A DNA stretch of 51,257 bases from Akkermansiaceae bacterium (GCA_025457625.1 JALOUA010000002.1:1-51257), one strand, 5' to 3'; shown: positions 38,984-48,546, counted from the stretch's first letter. Translations and numbers: made by a program. Notes: generated by a model from the letters alone, not told the origin.

Positions 38984-39182
38984 GGATTCACACGGATGGT
39001 TGAAGAGTTACAAGTAGCTCTTCGTTTTTGATTACAGGCTCAGGAACCACTGAATGCACTGAGAAGAAATGAAAAATCAGTTCTCTCAGTGGGTTTCAGT
39101 GATTCAGTGGTTGATCTTTCGTTTGTCAGAAAAGGTCGGATTATGGCTTGGAAAAAAGTCATCCGCGTTTATCCGTGGTTCA
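38967..39182. repeat. Nested imperfect inverted repeats (REP-like element) in AT-rich spacer
   Basis: Outer arms GAACCACAAATGGACACGGAT (38967) / ATCCGCGTTTATCCGTGGTTC (39161). Inner arms AACCACTGAAT (39045) / ATTCAGTGGTT (39102). Confidence 0.7.
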
Positions 39183-39203
39183 TTTCATCTCAATAATGAC
39201 TAT

Positions 39204-40621
39204 TCAAAGGATCGCGCCGGGCGAGTAGGCCGCGGCGGCGGGGTGGGCGGCTTCGAGTTTTCCAACGGCCTCGGCAAAGGCCTGGACTTGTGTTTTGGCC
39301 GCGCCGGATTCGCGGTCGCCGCGGGCGAGGATGGCATCGAGTGTTGCCCGCGGAAGTCCGAGCCTTGCGTCGCCGGCGAGGCGCTCGATGAGGTTGTTGC
39401 GGTCGGTTTTCCCGCTGCGCAAATCGTTCACGGTGGCCAGCGCGTGCTCCTTGATCGCCTTGTGCGCGGTTTCGCGGCCGATGCCGGCTTTCACCGCCTC
39501 CATCATGATGGTGGTGGTCATCAGGAACGGCAGGTAGTGCGCGGTCTCGGCGGCGATCACCGCTTCGTAGGCGTCCATCTGGTCGAGGATGGTGAGGAAT
39601 GTTTCGAACATGCCGTCGGTGGCGAAGAAGGCGTCGGGCAGCATCACGCGGCGGACGACCGAGCACGAGACGTCGCCTTCGTTCCACTGGTCGCCGGCCA
39701 GTCCCGCGGCCATGGCGAGGTGGCCCTTGAGGATGATGTGGAAACCGTTCACGCGTTCGCAAGAGCGGGAGTTCATCTTGTGCGGCATGGCGCTGGAGCC
39801 GGTCTGGCCCGGCGCGAAGCCCTCGCTGGCCGTTTCGTGCCCGGCCATCAGCCGCAGGGTTTTGCAGAACGAGGAGGGTCCCGAGCAGAGATCGGTTAGA
39901 ACGGCCGCCGCGCGGAAATCAAGCGAGCGCGGATAGACTTGTCCGACGTTGGCCCACACAGCCGGGATGCCGGGTGGGCGACGATACGCTGTTCGAGTTG
40001 CGCGACTTTGGCGGCATCGCCTTCGAAGAGCGAGAGCTGGTCCATCTGGGTGCCGACCGCGCCCTTGAGGCCGCGCACCGGATAGCTGGCGATGAGGTTT
40101 TCCAACGCGCCAAAAGCCCCTAACAGTTCCTCGCCGAACATCGCGACACGCTTGCCGAGCGTGGTCGGCTGGGCGGCCACATTGTGGGTGCGTGCGGTGA
40201 GCACGAGCCCGCTCCATTGCTCCGAGCGCTCGCGCATGCGGCGCAGCGCGGCGATGGTCTTGTCGCGCGTGATGAGCAGCGAGCGGTAAACCTGGAGCTG
40301 CTCGACGTTTTCGGTGAGGTCGCGCGAGGTCATGCCCTTGTGAACCTGCTCGTGTCCCGCGAGGTCGTTGAACTCCTCGATGCGCGCCTTGACGTCGTGG
40401 CGGGTGATTTTCTCGCGCGCCATGATCGACGCGCAGTCCACCTGGTCCTTCACCTTCTCATACGCGGCGATGGCCTCCGCGGGCACGTCCAGCCCGAGGT
40501 CGCGCTGGGCCTTCATCACGGCGATCCAGAATTCACGCTCCAGCACGATCCGCCCTTCGGCGGACCAGACGGCTTGCATGGCGGGCGAGGCGTAGCGCTC
40601 GGCGAGGACGTTGGGAATCAC
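39204..40621 (-). pseudogene. purB: Adenylosuccinate lyase, split by an apparent 1-bp deletion near 39973 (pseudogene or sequence error)
   Basis: N-half from GTG 40621: IPNVLAERYAS, TRHDVKA, HKGMTSRD, ARTHNVAAQPTTLGKR, GLKGAVGT. C-half in another frame: GQVYPRSLDF, GSSAMPHKMN..SCE. Confidence 0.88.
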
Positions 40622-41620
40622 GCCGCAAGACTGGCGGGCGGCCATCCGGGTTTCAAGCGGCGCTTGCCGGAATTTTTCCGGCACCGGTCCCTCGCGCCAG
40701 GCCATCGCGCTCTTCGGGTGCAGGTTCATCTGGCCGGTGAGGTTGTAGGGAATCGACGGACCCCAGTCGAACTGCTGCTTCATTGGCAGGATCGTGTGCT
40801 GGATGCAGTCGATGACCGGGCGCAGCTTGAACTTCGGGTTGCGCAGGAAACCCAGGAGGATCTCCATCGGACAGTTGCCCGCGCCGCGGCCGAGGCCCAT
40901 CAGGGTGGCGTCCACGCGGTTGGCGCCGAGGATGATGGCCTCCACGGTGTTGGCGAAGGCGAGCTGGAGGTTGTTGTGCGCGTGCATGCCGATGTGCTTG
41001 CCGGTGCCCTCCATGGCTTTCGTGTATTTGCGCACGAGGTGGTCGATCTGCTCGCGGTAGAGGTTGCCATAACTGTCCACCACGACGATCGTGCCGGCGG
41101 AGGATTGCGCGGCGATTTCCAGCGCCTGGTCGATCTCGCTGTCGGCCACCACCGAGATGGCCATGATGTTGAGCGTGGTTTCGTAGCCGAGCGCGGTGCA
41201 GTGCTCGACCATCTCCATCGCCTCGGAAACCTGATGCACATAACAGGCGACGCGGATCACATCGAGCACGCTGTCCCTGGCCGGGATGATCTGGTGTTTC
41301 CAATCGCTCTTGCCGCCGGCGTCGGCCATGGCGGCGAGTTTCAGGCCGGTGGCCTCGAAGGTATGGTCGCCCACGACGCGGCGCATGTCCTCCTCCTCGC
41401 AGTGCCGCCATGGGCCGTATTTGTCCTTGGGAAACGCCGCGGGATCGTTCTTGTAGCCGATCTCCATGTAATCGACGCCGGCCGCGACACAGGTCTGATA
41501 GACCGCGCGCACCTGCTCGTCGGTGAAACGCGAGTTGTTGATGAGTCCGCCGTCACGGATGGTGCAATCCAGCACTTTCAACTCCGGGCGATAGGTGATC
41601 CATGGGGCTTTGTCGCTCAT
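40622..41620 (-). CDS. DRE-TIM (HMGL-like) aldolase-family protein, no stop codon before purB
   Basis: LDCTIRDGG, YMEIGY, VDSYG, HAHNNLQLAFAN and GLGRGAGNCP.E. The frame stays open into purB. Confidence 0.85.
40628..40656 (-). promoter_or_regulatory. Putative sigma70-type promoter for leaderless purB
   Basis: TTGAAA-N17-CAGTCT-N6-GTG on the minus strand. Confidence 0.45.
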
Positions 41621-41661
41621 GTCGGGATGGGTTGGGGCAAGGAGAAGCAATCCGCGGGGTT

Positions 41662-42153
41662 TCAAACCAAATCGTCATCCATGGAGTCGTCGAAGTCCAT
41701 CTCGCGGACGCGTTTCTTGTCGCGCTGGATTTCGACCTGCTTGCGGAGGGTCTCGCGCATTTCCATGCCATCGGGGATGGCGGGGATGACAAGTTTTGGC
41801 AGTGTGCGGTCGGATGTTTCCAGTTTGATGGAGGTGAGCCCCGTGAGGCGCATCCACCAGGTGCGCAGCGCCTGGGTGTCCTTCACCCGGTAGAGCTCGA
41901 TCTCGTCGATGTGCTGGTTGATGACGCCGCTGGTGATGCGCAGCCGCTCGCAGGTCAGTTCGTAAACCTGTGAGCGGACAACGAGAAATTTCCAGATGGC
42001 GAAGAGCAGGGGCAAAATCAGCGCGATCCATGCCGGCGGAAAGAAAATGCCGCCGATGCCGATGCCGACCGCGACCACGATTGCCCCCGCATAGTTGCCC
42101 AGGTTGAGCCATTGCGACGGACTGCCTTTCCACAACGAGGTTTCCTCATTCAT
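41662..42153 (-). CDS. Bacterial PH-domain (bPH_2/DUF304) membrane protein
   Basis: Two TM segments, then YELT.ERL....GV......EIELYRVKD and G...I...TSD.T.P. Confidence 0.8.
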   Translation of the reverse strand: MNEETSLWKGSPSQWLNLGNYAGAIVVAVGIGIGGIFFPPAWIALILPLLFAIWKFLVVRSQVYELTCERLRITSGVINQHIDEIELYRVKDTQALRTWWMRLTGLTSIKLETSDRTLPKLVIPAIPDGMEMRETLRKQVEIQRDKKRVREMDFDDSMDDDLV

Positions 42154-42260
42154 TGCGGCGAGTATGCGGGCAATCCGGCCCCTCCGACAAGCGGGGATTT
42201 GGTGCCCGGCGGAGTCTTTCCATCAGGGAAATCCGGCGCGGCCGGAAGTGGCTTGAAAAG

Positions 42261-42331
42261 TAGCCTCACTAGGATTCGAACCTAGAATAACGGAATCAAA
42301 ATCCGGGGTGTTACCATTACACTATGAGGCT
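42261..42331 (-). tRNA. tRNA-Gln (TTG)
   Basis: AGCCTCA TA GTGT AATGGTA ACAC C CCGGA TT-TTG-AT TCCGT TATT CTAGG TTCGAAT CCTAG TGAGGCT A. CCA not encoded. Confidence 0.95.
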
Positions 42332-42406
42332 TTTGGGCCGGGATTCGGCCTGCGGCGCGCGGAACGTAAACCTGCGTCCGGCGTTTTGGCAACACGGAAA
42401 ATGCGC

Positions 42407-43642
42407 TCAGTGGGTCGTGATCCGCACGGCTTTCCCGAGCATGGCCTCGGCCATGTCGAAGTCCGTCTTGGTCCGGGCGTGGATGCGGCACAGCGGGTGG
42501 CCGGCATGGATGGATTCGCCGGTTTTGACCAAGCGGTCGAAACCGACGGCGAAGTCCACGCCATCGCTGGCTTTGGCCCGTCCGGCGCCGAGCTGCAGCG
42601 CGGCCTGACCGATCAATCCGGCATCGACCTTCTTCACCTGGCCAGTGGTTGGCGCGGGAACCTCGCGAATGATTGGCGCCTTGTGGATCTCCGCCATGCG
42701 CGGCAGATCCGCCGGGTTTCCGCCCTGGGCGGCGACAATTTCATCAAACTTCCGCCGGGCGCTGCCATCGTCGAGACGTTCCTCCAGCGTCTGACGCGGG
42801 ACCGCGGCGATTTTTTCCGCCAGATCGAGCACGAGCGCGCGCAAATCCGCCGGGCCGCCGCCTTCGAGGCATTCGAGGGCTTCGATGACCTCCAGTGCGT
42901 TGCCGACGGTGCGTCCGGTGGGTTCCGTCATGGGATTCAAAACGGTGAAAACCTCGACGCCCATTTCGCTGCCGACGGCGACCATGCTGGCGGCGAGCGT
43001 TTCGGCTTCGTGCTTCGTCTGCATGAAGGCGCCGCTGCCGAATTTCACATCGAGCACCAGGCGGTCGAGCGACTCGGCGAGTTTTTTGGACATGATCGAG
43101 GCGGTGATCAGCGGGATGGACGGCACGGTGCCGGTGACGTCGCGCAGGGCGTACAGTTTGCGGTCGGCCGGGCAGAAGCGCTCGGTCTGACCCATCATGG
43201 CGACGCCGATCTTCCCGAGTTGGGCGGCGGCCTGCCCGAGAGTGAGGTGAACGTTGAAACCGGGGATCGATTCGAGTTTGTCGAGCGTGCCGCCGGTGAT
43301 GCCCAGACCGCGGCCGGAAACCATCGGCACCCGGCAACCGGCGCAGGCCACCAGCGGCGCGAGCACCAGTGAAACCTTGTCACCGATGCCGCCGGTGGAG
43401 TGCTTGTCCACCACCGGAGAGCCGGCGGGGTGTTCGAAACAATCGCCGCTCTCCATCATGGCATGGGTCAGCGCCGCGGTTTCGGCCGCTGTCATGCCCT
43501 TGAAGAACACCGCCATCGCGAAGGCCGACATCTGATAGTCCGGCACCTCGCCGGAGGTGTATGCGGCGATGAGTTTTCCGATTTCGCGGCTGCCGAGTTC
43601 CTCGCCATCGCGCTTGCGGGAGATCAGTGTGGGAATGTGCAT
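42407..43642 (-). CDS. pdp: Pyrimidine-nucleoside / thymidine phosphorylase
   Basis: KRDG, DYQMSA..MA, DKHSTGGIGDK, SGRGLG.TGGTLDKLESIPG, ASIMSKK and LDVKFGSGAFM. Confidence 0.95.
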   Translation of the reverse strand: MHIPTLISRKRDGEELGSREIGKLIAAYTSGEVPDYQMSAFAMAVFFKGMTAAETAALTHAMMESGDCFEHPAGSPVVDKHSTGGIGDKVSLVLAPLVACAGCRVPMVSGRGLGITGGTLDKLESIPGFNVHLTLGQAAAQLGKIGVAMMGQTERFCPADRKLYALRDVTGTVPSIPLITASIMSKKLAESLDRLVLDVKFGSGAFMQTKHEAETLAASMVAVGSEMGVEVFTVLNPMTEPTGRTVGNALEVIEALECLEGGGPADLRALVLDLAEKIAAVPRQTLEERLDDGSARRKFDEIVAAQGGNPADLPRMAEIHKAPIIREVPAPTTGQVKKVDAGLIGQAALQLGAGRAKASDGVDFAVGFDRLVKTGESIHAGHPLCRIHARTKTDFDMAEAMLGKAVRITTH

Positions 43643-43795
43643 GACAGGTTTCATGTGAAGTGAAGCGAAGCGGCCGCGGCCGGTCGATAACGATTTCGCG
43701 ATGGGCCGTGATTTGAAATGACAAGCGCCGGAACGCCGGAGGCCCGCCGCCCAAAAGGCTTGGAATCATCGCGCGGGGAATTACACTCCGCCATC

Positions 43796-45304
43796 ATGAT
43801 TGAAATTTCCAAAAAAAGACGTCCCGCCCGCTTCGTCCGCCACATTCCGCCGAGAGTGGCGCTGGCCTTCGGTCTCGCGCTTTCCGCCCTCGCGGCAGGG
43901 CAGCAGCCCAACATCGTGCACATCGTGGCGGACGACCTCGGCTGGAAGGACGTCGGCTTCAACGGCTGCACGGACATCAAGACCCCGAACCTCGACGCGC
44001 TCGCCGCCGGCGGCGCGAAGTTCAGCCAGTTCTACGTCCAGTCCATGTGCACGCCGACGCGCGCGGCGCTGATGACCGGGCGCTATCCCTTCCGTTACGG
44101 CTTGCAAACCATCGTCATCCCCGGTCCCGCGGGTTATGGCCTCGACACGGGCGAGTATCTGCTGCCGCAGACGCTCAAGGATGCCGGTTACTCCACAGCC
44201 ATCATCGGCAAGTGGCACCTCGGCCACGCGGACATCAGATACTGGCCCAGGCAACGCGGTTTCGACTACCAATACGGTGCGATGATCGGCGAACTGGATT
44301 ACTACACGCACAGCGATGCGGGAGTGCTCGACTGGTTCCGCAACAACAAGCCCGTGAGGGAAAAAGGATACACAACCCAACTCATCGGCGCGGATGCGGT
44401 GAAATACATCAACGCGCAGAGTGCGGAAAACCCGTTTTATCTCTACCTCACCTTCAACGCCCCGCACACGCCCTATCAGGCGCCACAGGATTACATCGAC
44501 CGCTACAAGAACATCGCCGAGCCGACGCGGCGCATTTATGCCGGCATGGTTTCCTGCCTGGATGATGAGATCGGGAGAGTTGTCGCCGCGCTCGACAGGA
44601 AGGGCCTGCGGGAAAACACGCTGATCATTTTCCACAGCGACAACGGCGGCACGCGCAACGCCATGTTCGCCGGACAGATGGCGGATTTGTCCAAGACGGT
44701 CCTGCCTTGCGACAACGGCCCGTACCGTGATGGCAAAGGCTCGCTGTATGAAGGCGGCAGCCGCGTCGCCGCGTGCGCCAACTGGCCCGGCCGCATCAAG
44801 CCCGGCACCGTCGACGGCCTGATCCACGCGGTGGACATCCATCCGACTCTCGCCTCGCTCGCGGGCGCGTCCACCAGCAAGTGCAAGCCGCTCGATGGGC
44901 TGAATGTCTGGGACACCATCTCCGAAGGCAGGCCCTCGCCTCGCAGCGAAATTGTCTACAATATCGAGCCGTTCCGCGGGGCCGTGCGCCAGGGGGATTG
45001 GAAATGCATCTGGCGATCACTGATTCCCGCAAGCGTCGAGCTCTACAACCTTGTAGAAGATCCCTACGAGAAGAACAACCTCGCGGCCGCGCATCCCGAC
45101 AAGGTCACCGCGATGGAGGACCGCATGAACGCGCTGGGCAGGGAAGCCGCCAAGCCCCTCGCGCTGATTTACGTGGCCAAGGTCGGCCTGGCGCACGGCA
45201 AGCCGCTGATTGGTTCCGAGGATGGCAAGGGCGCGGTGATGATCGATCCCGCGGGGCCCTCGATCACCGACGAAGGCATCGGTGAAATGGATGTCGGCCC
45301 TTGA
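43796..45304 (+). CDS. Arylsulfatase (formylglycine-dependent)
   Basis: PNIV.IVADDLG, CTPTRAALMTGRY, GKWHLG, FNAPHTP, SDNGG and GKGSLYEGG.RV. Confidence 0.95.
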   Translation: MIEISKKRRPARFVRHIPPRVALAFGLALSALAAGQQPNIVHIVADDLGWKDVGFNGCTDIKTPNLDALAAGGAKFSQFYVQSMCTPTRAALMTGRYPFRYGLQTIVIPGPAGYGLDTGEYLLPQTLKDAGYSTAIIGKWHLGHADIRYWPRQRGFDYQYGAMIGELDYYTHSDAGVLDWFRNNKPVREKGYTTQLIGADAVKYINAQSAENPFYLYLTFNAPHTPYQAPQDYIDRYKNIAEPTRRIYAGMVSCLDDEIGRVVAALDRKGLRENTLIIFHSDNGGTRNAMFAGQMADLSKTVLPCDNGPYRDGKGSLYEGGSRVAACANWPGRIKPGTVDGLIHAVDIHPTLASLAGASTSKCKPLDGLNVWDTISEGRPSPRSEIVYNIEPFRGAVRQGDWKCIWRSLIPASVELYNLVEDPYEKNNLAAAHPDKVTAMEDRMNALGREAAKPLALIYVAKVGLAHGKPLIGSEDGKGAVMIDPAGPSITDEGIGEMDVGP

Positions 45305-45401
45305 CTCCGTTTGCGGGCGGAATTCCAGGGACCGCCAGGCCCCGGCATGGCGATCGGTTATGCAATCACGCCGGATCGGGGGCCCGACGCCCGCGGGTGG
45401 C

Positions 45402-46520
45402 CTACTTGCTTTTCAACAGCTCGAGCATCGCCTCGCCCATGGCGAGACCGACATCCATGTAAACCCGGCTGTCCTTGCCGTAATGGCCGTTGCCACTGCC
45501 GCCACGGGCCATGTCATGGGTGTAGACGGTGGCGACATTGCCCTTGAACCCGGGGTATTTGCCGCTCGTTCCATCCACGGCCATCATGGCGTCGAGGATC
45601 CTGCCGCTGTTGCCGGCCGTTCCCTTGGTGACCTCGCCAATGGTGCCCATGACGAACTTGGCATCCGGGGCATTGAATTCCTTGCGCAGTTGATTGATGA
45701 GATGCACCAGGTTCTGCTCGTAACGTTCCGCGTGCGCCGAATTTCCGGCGTCCTTTTCTCCCTGCCACCAGAAGAATCCGGCAACCTCGTATTTCGATGC
45801 TCCGGGATAATACTTGTCGAGTTCGGAGAGGACTTTTTTGGCGTTGGCGATGTCATCGTCCCATTGCTTGCCGGCATACCAGTCGATGGGCTTTCCCTTC
45901 TTGTCCAGCCACTCCTTGGGCGGCTCGGTGGCCAAACCTTTGGCGGGATCCGCATCCCACATGTCGGGCCTGTCCTTGTAGCCTGCCACCACCTTGGTGG
46001 TTTTGTTGCCGCTCCTGTCGGTGATTTCCGCCAGATAACGCCCGCTGCCGGGAGGCAGGAGATCCCATCCGAGGGAGCGGTTGCCGATGCAGCTCTTGAG
46101 CACCATCACCGGCTCGTCGAGGGCGTTTCCAAGCTGGTGGCCGACGCCGTATTCCACGCCCATCGTCCGGCCCTTGACGGTCATCCAATCGTTGTGCAGG
46201 AGGGACATGCCGCCGCTTCTGCCAACCATCACCTGCACGTTGCGCACATCCTTGCGCTCCGTCCAGTTGCCGGCGTCATCCACCAGGAACGGATAGAGTT
46301 TTTCGGTTTTGACGGCGGTTTCGAGCGATCCCGGCTTGTCACCGCTGACGCTTCCCAAGCCCACCGCATTGGACTGGCCGAGAATCAGGAAAACCTTGAC
46401 GGGTTTGGACATGTCGGCGGGCTTGCCGTCCGGGTCCGGCAGGTCCGCGGCCCGCAGGGATGGTGTGGAGAGCAGGGCGAGGCCGAACAGGGCGGCGGGG
46501 ATTTTTTTGAACCGGTGCAT
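45402..46520 (-). CDS. Secreted SGNH-type sialate O-acetylesterase (SASA/DUF303) family protein
   Basis: Signal peptide. Motifs KVFLILGQSN, G.E...G..L, GF.WWQGEKD and C-terminal GHY. Confidence 0.85.
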   Translation of the reverse strand: MHRFKKIPAALFGLALLSTPSLRAADLPDPDGKPADMSKPVKVFLILGQSNAVGLGSVSGDKPGSLETAVKTEKLYPFLVDDAGNWTERKDVRNVQVMVGRSGGMSLLHNDWMTVKGRTMGVEYGVGHQLGNALDEPVMVLKSCIGNRSLGWDLLPPGSGRYLAEITDRSGNKTTKVVAGYKDRPDMWDADPAKGLATEPPKEWLDKKGKPIDWYAGKQWDDDIANAKKVLSELDKYYPGASKYEVAGFFWWQGEKDAGNSAHAERYEQNLVHLINQLRKEFNAPDAKFVMGTIGEVTKGTAGNSGRILDAMMAVDGTSGKYPGFKGNVATVYTHDMARGGSGNGHYGKDSRVYMDVGLAMGEAMLELLKSK

Positions 46521-46610
46521 GATAATGTTTCTACTGATGACAGGGGATGTTCCGCACGACCGTGTCGCGCGACAAGAACCGGACAGCGCGGTTTTCCAGC
46601 AGGAAGCGAG

Positions 46611-46682
46611 AGCCGCTGGTCGGATTTGAACCGACGACCTGCTCATTACGAATGAGCTGCTCTACCCCTGAGCTACAGCGGC
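46611..46682 (-). tRNA. tRNA-Thr (CGT)
   Basis: GCCGCTG TA GCTC AGGGGTA GAGC A GCTCA TT-CGT-AA TGAGC AGGTC GTCGG TTCAAAT CCGAC CAGCGGC T. Confidence 0.96.
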
Positions 46683-46791
46683 TTATGACTTTTTTCTGGT
46701 TTGGTGCAGTAATGTGGCACTAACGATTTGGGCCAGTCGTCGGGGGATTTCTATTCCTTGGCAGGGATCATGCAAGCCGATTCCACGGCAC

Positions 46792-46832
46792 AAAAAACCG
46801 CCACCGGCCAATGAAGGAAACCGGTGGCGGTT
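46792..46832 (-). terminator. Rho-independent terminator ending the element's leftward operon
   Basis: On the minus strand: AACCGCCACCGG-N13-CCGGTGGCGGTT followed by a T-run. Confidence 0.75.
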
Positions 46833-47001
46833 GCCTCTACCACTCGGTAGCGGCTGGGATGGCTGGCGCGGGTGCCGTCAGGATTGAACGGGTCCGTTCG
46901 GTCCGGGCCTGCGGATGATGCGGAGGTGCCGCGCCGGATTTGATTGTTGAGCACTCTGCCCCGGCGCGGCGTGACGAGGGAAACCGGCCCTCGCCAAAGT
47001 G

Positions 47002-47574
47002 TTAGGAAACGCCAAGGGCCAATTCGAGAAGCAAGAAATGACCGGCGGCGTTTTCTTCGGAAACCCAGCGGCGCTTCTCGGCGAGTGCGGCGCGGGTGGC
47101 TTCGATCCGTGCATCGAAATCGACGGCAGCGGCGGAAAACGTGGTTTGATTTTTCGTGGCTTCCTTGTGTGCCTGAGCTTCGGCGAGAAACGCGGCTTCG
47201 GCATCGTCGAGAATCCGCAGGGCCAGCGGCGTCAATTTTTCAATCTCGCGGGAAACGCTTTGCGCGATGCAATCGGAAATCGCGCTGGCGGAAAGTTCGG
47301 ACTGGTGCTTGCGGCAGATGAGTCCGTGCAGCTTCTCGGCGGCTTCGGCGGACGGGTTTTCCGATAGCGCCACGTTGGCAAGGTGGATCTCGTCGTCGAG
47401 CTTGTGAGGTTGTCCCATCTTTGGCTTCGAGCATCGCTCGGCGAGTTTGTTCAACTCGTCAATCTTGCCCTTCACGCTGGAAAGCAACTTGGCTTCGGCG
47501 GCGCTGAGTTTGGCGGCGGCTTCGATGTGCTTGTCTGTCGGAAACGCTGCGGCGGGCGGTGCGGTATATGTCAT
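47002..47574 (-). CDS. Hypothetical alpha-helical protein (mobile element)
   Basis: 190-aa Ala/Glu/Lys-rich ORF, 15 bp from the upstream ORF. Confidence 0.7.
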   Translation of the reverse strand: MTYTAPPAAAFPTDKHIEAAAKLSAAEAKLLSSVKGKIDELNKLAERCSKPKMGQPHKLDDEIHLANVALSENPSAEAAEKLHGLICRKHQSELSASAISDCIAQSVSREIEKLTPLALRILDDAEAAFLAEAQAHKEATKNQTTFSAAAVDFDARIEATRAALAEKRRWVSEENAAGHFLLLELALGVS

Positions 47575-47589
47575 GGTTCGGTTTGTTGG

Positions 47590-48165
47590 TTAGTTTTTGC
47601 GGAGAGACTTGGAAATGATTCGTCCGCTGAAAACCCAGCCGCGTGCTTCGAGTTCGGCGCGGGCGATGGCGGCCTCGGCGGGTGGGGAGTTCGGATGCGT
47701 GGCGGCGGCTTGCAAATAGGTGTCGGTGAAGTTTTTGGCATTTTCTGCCGACATGACAGATTGCGATTTCTGCCATGCGCGGCGGCCCTTGCCGTCGAGT
47801 CCTCGCGGCATCTCGGCGGGCGGTGCCGGTGTTGGCTTTACGCTGGCGGCGGTTGGCTTCGATGCCGACGGTGCCACGCGCGGACGCTGCCGAAGCGCGG
47901 CGAGGGTTTTTTCCGTCTCGGCGAGTTGCTTCGCCGCCTGATCGCGCGTGATGGACGGACGGGAAGAAAGTGCGGCGGTGATGACCGGATGTTCGGTCTT
48001 GCCGGATATGAAATCCGCAACGATTTCATCGGGACTGATGCCTTCCAGCCGTGCGGCTTCGTTAACGGCATCAAGGATCGGTGTGATCGTTTTTGAACGT
48101 GTGATTTGTTGGCGGAGGGTCCGCTGGCGAAGACGTTCTTTGAGGTGTTGGAGGATATTACTCAT
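47590..48165 (-). CDS. Hypothetical protein (mobile element)
   Basis: 191-aa ORF overlapping the upstream HTH gene's stop. Confidence 0.7.
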   Translation of the reverse strand: MSNILQHLKERLRQRTLRQQITRSKTITPILDAVNEAARLEGISPDEIVADFISGKTEHPVITAALSSRPSITRDQAAKQLAETEKTLAALRQRPRVAPSASKPTAASVKPTPAPPAEMPRGLDGKGRRAWQKSQSVMSAENAKNFTDTYLQAAATHPNSPPAEAAIARAELEARGWVFSGRIISKSLRKN

Positions 48166-48361
48166 GGAGTTTTTCAGTTAAGGTTTCGAGTGCTGCCGTC
48201 GATGGGCGGCGCTGCCGCAGGATCAGGTCCGCAACGCTTTCGGGATTACGCAAATCCGCGCCTTGCTGGTGCCAGCGCCTAACGGTCCTTTCGCAAACGC
48301 CGTAGAACTTCGCGCGTTCGGCGAGGTCTAGGCTGGCAGGGATTTTGCGGATGTTTGCCAT
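48158..48361 (-). CDS. Small HTH DNA-binding protein (excisionase/Nu1-N-like)
   Basis: LAERAKFYGVCERTVRRWHQQG helix-turn-helix pattern. Confidence 0.7.
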   Translation of the reverse strand: MANIRKIPASLDLAERAKFYGVCERTVRRWHQQGADLRNPESVADLILRQRRPSTAALETLTEKLHE

Positions 48362-48362
48362 A

Positions 48363-48524
48363 TCAAATCAGGACGTTCGGCGGGATGGAACGGGTGAACT
48401 TGCGCTTCGCGTGGAGTTCGCGGCGGCGCTGCTTCTCGGCCTTGTGACCGCCCAGCATTTCCGCGTGGTCAATGCGGCGCTGGCGGAAATCGCGTTCGGA
48501 TGGTGCTGGTGCTTCGGATTCCAT
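48363..48524 (-). CDS. Small basic hypothetical protein (53 aa, below the ORF-track cutoff)
   Basis: MESEAPAPSERDFRQRRIDHAEMLGGHKAEKQRRRELHAKRKFTRSIPPNVLI*. Its stop lies 1 bp before the next ATG. Confidence 0.5.
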   Translation of the reverse strand: MESEAPAPSERDFRQRRIDHAEMLGGHKAEKQRRRELHAKRKFTRSIPPNVLI

Positions 48525-48546
48525 AGGTGACACCTAGGAAATGATG

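Noticed and set aside
39896-41665. 589-aa ORF as one ordinary protein
   Set aside because: It is an aldolase domain, a spacer-like linker and only the N-half of PurB ending out of frame. It is treated as two loci (see findings).
42332-46610. Genomic island between tRNA-Gln and tRNA-Thr (pdp, sulfatase, esterase)
   Set aside because: Host-like codon usage, a housekeeping pdp, and no integrase or flanking direct repeat seen.
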